The notes beneath the pieces were generated by a model. The model ran no database searches. It was not told the DNA's origin and was given only the letters and a program-made list of their open reading frames with translations. A stretch of 64,000 nt of DNA from an uncultured archaeon (GTDB taxonomy: Archaea > Thermoplasmatota > Penumbrarchaeia > JASLWR01): the NCBI GenBank assembly GCA_964342815.1, contig CAYFHS010000017.1, forward strand, positions 13,302-77,301, given 5' to 3'. Of this stretch, positions 26,825 through 36,300 are shown one piece after another (the first letter of the stretch is position 1; the number at the start of each line of letters is the position of its first letter). The position numbers were made by a program, and so were the translations under genes.

Positions 26825-27546
26825 TACTCCATCACCTTTTTGGTCAAAGGCTCCACTGATTTCTTAGAGGATATCTCACCGTCCATGAGATGTATCACAC
26901 GGTCTGCGATCTCGGTAATGCTCAGCTCATGTGATACTACAACGAATGTGATTTTTTCCTTCAGGTTCAACTCCTTCATGAGCTTAGCAATCTTCATACC
27001 CGTTGCCCAGTCCAGATTACCGGTTGGTTCGTCTGCGAGAACTATCTTCGGTTTTTTTACTAAAGCTCTCGCAATGGCAACCCTCTGCTGCTCCCCGCCG
27101 GAAAGCTGCGACGGAAACATATTGGCCTTATCCGGGATCCCCACCTCCCTGAGTGCTTCCAGGCTTCTCTCCATTATATTTTTTCGATCATTTGCCATCT
27201 CGAGTGCCAGGGCCACGTTCTCCACAGCCGTTAACGACGGGATCAGATTGAAGAACTGAAATATCCATCCGACGGTTTTTCTTCGGTACCCGGATAATTG
27301 TTTTTCGTCATAAGTGCCAATATCATGACCGTCCACAATGACCGTGCCGGTGGTGGGAGTATCTATACCTCCGAGAATATTGAGTAGCGTCGTCTTTCCC
27401 GAACCGCTGGGGCCCAATATCACGAGGAAATCCCCCTGCTCCACGGTGAGTGTCAATCCGCGAAGAGCCTTTACCTCAACCTCTCCAAGATTGTACGTTC
27501 TTCCTATATCCTTTGCCGAGATCAGATATTTTCGGTCGCCATCCAT
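26824..27546 (-). CDS. ABC transporter ATP-binding protein (LolD/MacB family)
   Basis: GPSGSGKTT, LSGGEQQRVAIARAL, LADEPTGNLD, VVSHE. Confidence 0.96.
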   Translation of the reverse strand: MDGDRKYLISAKDIGRTYNLGEVEVKALRGLTLTVEQGDFLVILGPSGSGKTTLLNILGGIDTPTTGTVIVDGHDIGTYDEKQLSGYRRKTVGWIFQFFNLIPSLTAVENVALALEMANDRKNIMERSLEALREVGIPDKANMFPSQLSGGEQQRVAIARALVKKPKIVLADEPTGNLDWATGMKIAKLMKELNLKEKITFVVVSHELSITEIADRVIHLMDGEISSKKSVEPLTKKVME

Positions 27547-27585
27547 TTAATTCACCCAATTATTGAATCTTCGATAAATTCAAGA

Positions 27586-28296
27586 CTACAGTTTAACGTT
27601 CCGATGGCCAAGTATCGCAGTACCTACCCTCACCATTGTCGCCCCTTCCTCAATGGCGATGCCGTAATCACTGCTCATGCCCATGGACAGCTCCGGGAGA
27701 TTCCAATTCGTCATCTCCTCAAGGGTATCGCGGGTTTCCCTCAGTACGCGGAAACAGTCTCCCACAACAATTTCGTCATCTGTAAAGGGGGCCATTGTCA
27801 TAAGACCTTTTATCGCTACATTCTCCAGGCCGGTAAGTTCCTCCAGAGTATCGGTTTCCATTAGCGACCGCGGTGTAAATCCCTGCTTAGTCCCCTCACC
27901 CGACGTGTTCACCTGCAGCAATATTTTCTGTCGAATCCCGAGCTGTTCCGCGGTAAAATCAATCTTCTTCGCTAGACGCAGCGAATCAACCGAATGAATA
28001 AAATCCGCCTTACCCACAACCTTTGGAGTGTGCTTGCGGTACAGGTGCCCGATAAAATGCCATCGAACGGTATCATTTTCGTACCGAGGAAATTTCGCTT
28101 TGAACTCGTCCACGTAGGATTCTCCCACGTCCTTAATCCCAAGTTTACGCAAATTTGTGATTACCTCGTGCGGATGGGTCTTTGTCACCACGATCAGGGA
28201 AACTGACGAAGTCGGTCGATCTGAAATTTCACAATATCGGGCAATCTTTGCCCTGACAACGTCCAATGAGCTTTTAATACCGCTGTAATCTGCCAC
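27586..28296 (-). CDS. yggS: PLP homeostasis protein (YggS/PROSC family)
   Basis: LIVVTKT, GESYVDE, WHFIGHL, IHSVDS, QVNTSGE.TK.G, GLMTM, LSMGMSSDY.IAIEEGATMVRVGTAILG. Confidence 0.95.
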   Translation of the reverse strand: MADYSGIKSSLDVVRAKIARYCEISDRPTSSVSLIVVTKTHPHEVITNLRKLGIKDVGESYVDEFKAKFPRYENDTVRWHFIGHLYRKHTPKVVGKADFIHSVDSLRLAKKIDFTAEQLGIRQKILLQVNTSGEGTKQGFTPRSLMETDTLEELTGLENVAIKGLMTMAPFTDDEIVVGDCFRVLRETRDTLEEMTNWNLPELSMGMSSDYGIAIEEGATMVRVGTAILGHRNVKL

Positions 28297-28334
28297 TTAA
28301 TTCTCCCCCTCTGTCCTTATATAGATGTTAAAGA

Positions 28335-29369
28335 TCATACTAGATAGACCTCCTCATCCTTTACTATGACATCAACCTCGGTCCCCTCACGGGGAATTTC
28401 AATTTTTTCTGGTACTATCACTTCCAACGACTTGAAAGTATGCGGATGGAGAAGCATTATTTCTCTGGAGCCGGTCACATGCGAGGTCACTACGGCCTTT
28501 TCTACGATCTCCTCGTTTCCCAGTATATCCACACCCCGCAGCTTACGCCGGTCCACAGACAGCTTTTTCGCCTCCAATAGATCCAACATCACTACCTTTT
28601 TCGTGTTTACACGCTCCACACGGCAGCCTCGGCCTCCAAAAATTATGAAATCCCCTGCCCGGTAGGGCGGAATCCGAACTAGATACGTGACCCTGTACAC
28701 ATCCTTGCCTTCCCGCCGCCCTATAAGAGAAGAAGATTCCGTGATCCTGCTGCCAAACCTTTGGCCGAGCAGCTTAGCAATGTTCCGACCGTCCGCAATA
28801 CGTCCTAGGTAGAAATCCATCCCGGAATGCATATCTTTCTCATCCGATATGAAAGAACCCCGATCCTTCTTTGCCGTCCTTTCTATCTCGTCCCACACCA
28901 TCCTTCTGACCGTTTCCAAAGTACTGTTGTCCAGCGAAAATCCTTCGCCGCGAACCTGCAATATGCTCTCGTAATATTTCCCGGCGATCCTGGAGCACTT
29001 TTCACACACGCCTCTTTTCAAGTGAACTAGAACGGAAAGGTTCTCTACGAGACTCATGCCTCCCACGTTCCCCTTTAGAATGACATGCATTTCCCTGCTG
29101 TTTTCGTCACGTGGATTGTGAGCAATCTCCATGTTTTCAAGGGACAGGTTGGAATCAATGCGGATTTTTGATACTATCTTGCTCTCGATCAATTCGTCAA
29201 GGTCTGTGTAATTATCCCATCTTTTTTTATCGAGGAATGAATTGCATCTTGTACAAATCGTGATGGGAAATGATGGTACGATCTTTGCGAGATTCCCTCT
29301 TCGGGAGTAACATGCGGCACAGAGACTATCGAATAAGATTCCCTCGGCCCCACAGTTAACACAGAACAT
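28335..29369 (-). CDS. nmd3: NMD3-family ribosome biogenesis protein
   Basis: MFCVNCG...LCAAC; CTRC; CEKCSRIAGKYYESILQVRG; G.DFY.G; YRVTYLVRIP; C-terminal OB/SH3-like region. Start at ATG 29369. Confidence 0.92.
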   Translation of the reverse strand: MFCVNCGAEGILFDSLCAACYSRRGNLAKIVPSFPITICTRCNSFLDKKRWDNYTDLDELIESKIVSKIRIDSNLSLENMEIAHNPRDENSREMHVILKGNVGGMSLVENLSVLVHLKRGVCEKCSRIAGKYYESILQVRGEGFSLDNSTLETVRRMVWDEIERTAKKDRGSFISDEKDMHSGMDFYLGRIADGRNIAKLLGQRFGSRITESSSLIGRREGKDVYRVTYLVRIPPYRAGDFIIFGGRGCRVERVNTKKVVMLDLLEAKKLSVDRRKLRGVDILGNEEIVEKAVVTSHVTGSREIMLLHPHTFKSLEVIVPEKIEIPREGTEVDVIVKDEEVYLV

Positions 29370-29416
29370 ATCTATCACCCGACCGGCGAGGGCAGCCCGA
29401 TATTGAGGAGAAAAAA

Positions 29417-29632
29417 TCACAAGGGGGCGATGCTTACGACGTTGTTACCCCTGAGCACCACCATCCCGAGCCGTTTCTTGACTTCGTTCAGATCCTCCTC
29501 GGTTTCGGAAAGCACCATGTTCATGTAATCATCGTAACCCGTAAGAGTTCCAGTAAGTTTTCTACCATCTTTCAAAAGCAGGACGATCTTTTTATTGAGC
29601 GTCTTTTCAAGTATCTCCAAAGGCATCGGCAT
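29417..29632 (-). CDS. Sm-like archaeal protein (SmAP/LSm)
   Basis: PLEIL...LNKKIVLLLKDGRKLTGTLTGYDDYMNMVL (Sm1); LGMVVLRGNNVVSIAP (Sm2). Confidence 0.95.
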   Translation of the reverse strand: MPMPLEILEKTLNKKIVLLLKDGRKLTGTLTGYDDYMNMVLSETEEDLNEVKKRLGMVVLRGNNVVSIAPL

Positions 29633-30127
29633 GATAATTACCTGGCCCTGGGAACACAAAAGGCCGATATAAATCTTTCCTCCGAGATGGTCAGTGAAAA
29701 ATCCTGAAATGACCTTTGGAGCTGATACGGTCGAATAATAATATTCGTTTCAAGTCAAAACTGGGTTCCTAGAGTATATCCGAGGTGAATTGACCAGGGA
29801 AAAGAGAGATATTTCGGGATACATCGGGGATTGTTGGGCTTCTCCAACCATATTATGTCTATTTGTGGGGTCAATCGCCTTCATTTCAACCCAATTTCAA
29901 CGATAATCCTTCATCGAATAAGAGTATTAAGGCAGGTGTGACTTTTTGATAGGTCTCGTGGTTCATGTGAGTAATGTTAAATATAACATTAATAATGTGG
30001 TAGGAAAATCTAATAGGGCAATTCATGGGCACTAATAATATTATCTGGCAAGTAAGAGAGAACATATAAGACTCTTAAAATTGAAAAAAACAGATATTCT
30101 ATCGATGCCCGTATATTGTCAAATGGA

Positions 30128-30331
30128 CAAACATCGACTTTTATCGATGTTTGCATATGATAATGTTCGCAGAATCGCAGCCCGTAGGTGCCTGAAGAAC
30201 GAAGTTCTTCTACACCCTAATAGAATCTCAGATTCTATGTCGGGAAACAGAATGTTTCTGAGGGCACAGCAACGCCCGAAAGGTGTTGCGAAGTGGAACG
30301 GGTGCCCGAAGGGACCGATTCTGCTGAATAT
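30128..30331 (+). repeat. Modular multi-hairpin element E2 in the putative 5' leader of aglB (candidate cis-regulatory RNA)
   Basis: Closing stem GCAGAATCG (30169-77)/CGATTCTGC (30316-24); core GCCC-GTAG ... TGA-GGGC-ACAG-CAACGCC/GGTGTTG; inserted hairpins GAAGAAC/GTTCTTC and ATAGAATC/GATTCTAT; upstream 10-bp hairpin CAAACATCGA/TCGATGTTTG. Confidence 0.75.
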
Positions 30332-30347
30332 TCAACAGGTGGATCTG

Positions 30348-33300
30348 ATGGTGAAAGAGATACCAAGAACGAAGAAATGGGAAAAAACGTTATCATCAGC
30401 GTCGGGGAAAAAGGCAGAAAAAGAAAGCCTGGTCACCAAATTCAAAACCTATTTCGGTATTGGAGCTTACGAGGGAAAGGATACTTGGTTCTCTCGTAAT
30501 TGGTGGTTACTATTGGCGCTGGCGGGAATATTTCTGGTGGGTATGTTCCTGAGATCTTACTTCTATTTTCCCATGGCACAGGACGTGGGCTTTTCAGGGA
30601 ACGACCCCTATTATCACAAAAGAGTAGTAGATTACATCCAGCAATCTCATTCACATCTGATAGAGGACAACATGCTGAATTATCCGGTTGGTGGCGCTAA
30701 TCCGCGACCTCCGTTCTACAACTGGTTCGTTGCGGTTTTCGGCATCATTCTTTCACCGTTATTCGGATTCAATGTAAAACTCGCCACGGAATCTATCATG
30801 TATCTAGCACCTTCCTTCTGGGGAGCATTGACAGTATTTCCGGTCTATTTCCTCGCCAAGGATATGTTTGGTAAAAAGGCGGGCGTAATAAGCGCATTTC
30901 TCATGGCATTCATGCCTTCCCATATCGAAAGGTCTCCTTCGGGATTCTCGGATCACGATTCTATAGTCGTCTTCTTCGTGGTGTTGTCGATATTCCTGCT
31001 GTTCAGGGCATATCGCACACTTAAGCACGAGGACTGGGTAAAGGACTGGCGAAGCACGAATTCGATCTATAAGGGATTTTCAACCTTCTTCAGAAAAAAT
31101 AAGGTATCACTGTATTACTCGCTTCTTTCGGGCGTTTCGCTGGCAACCATCGCACTTACCTGGAAAGGTTTTCCGTACGCTCTTGTGATCATAATCATAT
31201 ATTACATGCTTCAGCTTCTTTTCGATCGCTTCAGACACGTTGATTCAACCGGCGTTTTTATTTGTACTTTTCTGGCTCTTTTCTCTGCTTTGGCCATCTC
31301 GTTTCCGTACTATTACGTTCTCAGTTTCGGAACCTGGGCCACACCGGTCTATTTCCTTGCGGCTGTGGTTGTGATCGGAGTTTTGCTTATACCCACTCGT
31401 GATTATCCATGGATCATAGTGCTGCCTCTGGGAGTGATAGTGTCCCTTGTTGGCTATCTCTTCCTGAGCATCATTGCACCTGCAGCTGCCGAAGCTCTGA
31501 TAACGGGACAGGGTTATTTCGTGAAGACGAAACTGTACTCCACAATTGCTGAGGCTCAGCCTCCCGCATTTTCCAAGCTTATCGTGTCGTACGCAATGAT
31601 CGTGTTCTTCCTCGCAGTGATAGGGATCGTGAAAGCGGCTTTTCAGGTGCCGAAACACTGGAAGAGGGAATTTGTCTTCATCGTTGTTTGGGCCATCGTT
31701 GCCGTGTACATGGCCATGTCGGCCGCTCGTTTCATGTTCAACGCGACACCTGTGATAGCCATTGTTGCCGGATGGGTGCTGTACGACCTGATCCAAAAGA
31801 TAAACCTGAAGAGCAAGATATTGATATTCTATACTCTGATGCTTGGCCTGTCCCTGCTATTGCTGGGATGGTGGGGGATAAATCATGGATTCGGATACAA
31901 GTACACATTGTTTGTCTTTATGGCAGCGATCGCAATGGCAGCCATTCCAATTATCGTGGCCGTCTATGATAATTACGATAAAAGACCCGCCATAATGATA
32001 ATGGTTGCCATGTGTGCAATTTGGACCGTTGCGGTCATAGTTATGATTATTTTGGATGAAAACCTAAAATGGGACAACTTCGGAACTGTCATGCTGGATA
32101 ATATTAACATTTGGTATTTCGGCCTTGCTGCCCTGGGGATAATGGTCCTCCCGATACTCATATTTATAACCAAAAGGACTTTTGCGATTCTTCATATAAT
32201 ATTGATCACATCGGCCACATTTCTAATAATCGGACTCAAAGATACAGGTTCCTTCGACAGCTTGTTCACTTGGAAACCAATGGTTGTGGCGGTGGGATAT
32301 TCCATAATTCCCTGTGGAATATTGTTATTCAATATCTATTTCCTGTTCTCGGATAAATCTTACAGGAAGGAAACGGGCCGAAAGGTGCTTTTCGTAGGAC
32401 TGGAACTCTGGGTGCTTTCCTTTTTCTTCGATCCGCAAATATACACGGGACTCGCGGCCTTTGCTCTTTTCGTGATTAATCTTTACCTGCTAACTCCCTA
32501 CAGGAAAACTTTCAAGCACAAGACCAAACCAATGCATGTGATTATCACTCTATTCATCGTATTTATCGTAATATTCCCCACCTGCTGGTTTGCGATAGAT
32601 GCTTCCCTGCCTTATGAAAAGAAATTTGAGATGAATAACAGAGTTGCAAGGTCAATTCCCGATTTCATTAAAAGTGATACGGCTTCGAACAACAAATATT
32701 TCGGGGCCTTCGGTCACGGATTCACATCGGAATACTGGAGAAATGCATTTGATTGGCTTAGTAAACAGGACGTGGACAGGCCACCGGAGGAAAGACCCGG
32801 TTTCGTTAGCTGGTGGGATTACGGTTTCTGGTGCGCCTATCTCGGACAACATCCCACGGCTGCAGATAATTTCCAGTACGGTTACCAGTTTGCTGGAAGT
32901 TTCATCGCCTCCCAGAATGAATCGGAGGCAGTTGGATTGATGGTTGCCAGAACTATAGAAGGCGGTATCAAGGATCCTAAAATGAAAGAGGAGATCTCTG
33001 ACATCCTCGATAGCGATAAATATTTCGGGCCCGAGAAAAAATTCAAGAGCAACATCGATTCGTCCGATCTCAGCGCAAGTGAAAAGATATTCGAGATGTT
33101 GTTATATCCCGAGGAATACATAGAAGAGATAAAGAATAACCCGGAAAAATACGGCAAATACCTGCAGCTGCTCTATGGGAATGCCAGGTATGCATCGGTA
33201 AGAGGAATGCTGATGCCGCTAGGAGAGGATAAGATAATCGATCTAATGGCTGATATCGAGGGGATCACAGACAAGTGCATAAGATATTTCGCAGTGGATT

Positions 33301-36300
33301 ATCGCCTTTTCCCGTTCACGGCACAGAACACTGGTATCTTTTATGCTCCAATTAAACTGGCGGACAAGGATGTGGAGGATTTTCTGGAATATATTGCTGT
33401 TACCACAGAAGGCGATATGACCATGACGGAACTGGAAGAAAGGATATTACAAGAACCCGAATTCCGAGATCAGGTGACAGACTACAAATTGAAATACACC
33501 GATCAATTCTACGATTCCATGTTCTACAGGTGTTATATAGGCTACAGCGGTAAAGACCTCGGTGCAGGTGATCTCGGGGTACCCCTGCTTTCCCCCACGG
33601 GTGAATTCGCCTCGAACCAGTATTTTCAACCGATGCAGGGATGGAACATGAGCCATTTCAGGCTCGTGTACCGGACTACCTACTACACCCCCATGGATCC
33701 CCAAAACGCATCGTTCCCGGAAGATTTCACCGCCATGAACTCCGATGAAGCATACGAACTGTACGCCGAGCAAGGCGGATATCAGATATCCGGTCTCAGA
33801 CAGGGCGCCTTCTTTCTCAAATACTACCACGGTGCGCAGCTGGTGGGAAAATTGAGAGCGGAAGGGGAGGACGGAACACCCATGCCAGGGGTCCGAATAA
33901 CCGCAGTGGATGAATACGGTATTCTCCACGATGTATCAATCACGGATGAGAACGGTAATTACAATCTGACCCTTCCATTCGGAGAGGTTACGGTTGTGGC
34001 ATCCAAGGACGGATACGACGAAGAAAACGAGCTCTTCTCAAAATTAATGGGAAATGAGAAAACTGTACTGAACCGAACGGTTTTGCAGATCACTGATGAC
34101 CAGGCAATGAGGCGCGGCAACTGGATCATTAAAAAAGACCTCACCATAAAAAGATCCTCCATTGATGGTAAAGTGTACTACGATGACAATGACGACGGTG
34201 AATATGATATTTTCGATACATTGGCTACAGAAGCGGTTGTGGAGATCGTATCTAAGGACGGTCGTGAAATAACCTACAATGACAGTCTGGAAAACGGTGA
34301 ATTCAACATCACGAACGTGCTGCCCGCCGAATACGATATAAGGGTGATGACGGACGGTCATACGGTGAAGATCAAAGATCCGTTCTCGGTGGTACCAAAC
34401 GAAAATCAGCGGTTCAATGCTTTCACATTGCACCTTTTACTGCCAATGGGGAACATTTCCGGGAACATAACGTTCGATAACGGGACCCGGGCGCCTTCGA
34501 TACACGTGGAACTGAGAGATAATGAAAACGGTACCTTATATCATACCGACACGAACAAAACAGGCTTTTTTAATTTTGGTTCCCTTCTCCCGGGAAACTA
34601 CTCCCTGGTGGTAGACCATACCCTGTACAAGAGGCTCATGAAGGATATCGACCTCGAAGAGGGAGCTCTTTTCCAGCACAACTTTACCTTGACCGAGGTG
34701 GTTCCCGTATCCGGCGAAGTCTATTATGAAGGGATTGATGATAATAAGCAGCCGCTTCCGAACGCCAGAATACAGTTCATTGACGAGCTGTACCCGGAAA
34801 ACATAATAGTGGTCACATCCGATAAAAACGGCCAATACCTTGCTAATCTATCTCTCGGGAACTACACTATATATGCTGATTATACGAAAGGTAATGAGCA
34901 CTACACTTGCTTGGAAGAAGCCGAGTTCCGTGCTGGTGTGGAATATTCTAAGGATATTGAGTTAAGCAGCTCAATAAAGATAATGGGTACTCTTGGCATT
35001 CATGATGAGATCGATGTGGAGGAGGATAATTCAACAAAGGGGGTACTTGTCCGTTTCAGAGGAGAGTCCGGCAATTACTTCGCTCCCACCAACGACAGCA
35101 GCTATTTTTCGGTCTATCTGCCAGAAGGTGAATATCAGATATCCGCCGATCTTTTCCTAAAAGGGGATTATGGCGTAGCCGCAAAACACGTATCGGGAAC
35201 CGGAGGTGAAGAAATCACCATTGACCTCATCGCTAAGTGGGCTTATCCCGTTTACGGTTTCGTTTTCTGGGATAGAAACGGCGACATGAACTTGACCATT
35301 GGGAACAGTACTATCGATATAATGCGGCTATCGGAACAGTTTAGGGAGACTGAACCGGAATTGGAAGAGAACGATGAGATCCCCGAGGAATTTGAAGATT
35401 CCACAAGTTCCATCGCCGAAACTGACGACAGCGGTACAAGAGCGGACGAAAATGTGACCGAGGGTGAAGAAGAAACCCCATTCAGCGTGGATAACGTCAC
35501 CCTCCCCAATGCAACCAATGATACCGTGGAAGCACCGCCGTTATATGAGAACCTAACCCCTGCACACGTGGAATTCCGGCAAGGAGAGAATGTCTTTACT
35601 GCCGATACTAACCAAAGCGGGTTTTTCACACGCTTACTCCCTCTGGGAGATTATGTAATGCGGATTGAAACAGATGAAATTTCTCTGTATGAAACCACCG
35701 TAACCGTGTTTGACGGGAAAGATGACGTAATACAGCCTCCGATACGACCAAAAAATGTCACCTTCGACATATTCCTGGGAGTTGATCGGGACCTTGACGG
35801 GCAGCTTAAGGAAGACGAGCTCCTGAAGAGCTACGAACTGGAGTTTTCAGGCACAACTCCGGCTGCCGTGAATGCCACGTACAACTTCAGGCAGGGAAAT
35901 CCCAAGAAAGGGGCACTGGTACCAGGCGAATATAAAGTAAAATATCTGAAAGAATTCATACTGTCCGGGACTGATGTCCGCCAGGAGATGGAAACCAACA
36001 TAACCCTGCATCTGGGTGAGAGTGATCGGCAGCTTATCTTCCTCGTGGATGAAACGGTACGCTTCTCTGGGAAGGCTAAGACTGAAACTGACAGCCCTGC
36101 AGACAACGCGACCCTGACCCTGAGATCCATACACTTCAACACCACCACCGAGGTAAATTGTGACAAGCAGGGGAATTTCGATGAAAATGTTCCCTTCGGA
36201 ATGTATTTCGTAAGAACCAGTATCATTGAGGGCTCTTCGAACTTCCTCTTCAGGAAGATCATGGACATCTCCCCTGGAAACAGCCCATTCTCCATCATTC

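Noticed and set aside
30081-30347. 89-aa N-terminal extension of AglB given by the ORF track
   Set aside because: It overlaps the structured element E2, has no protein-like features, and an SD-like motif supports ATG 30348.
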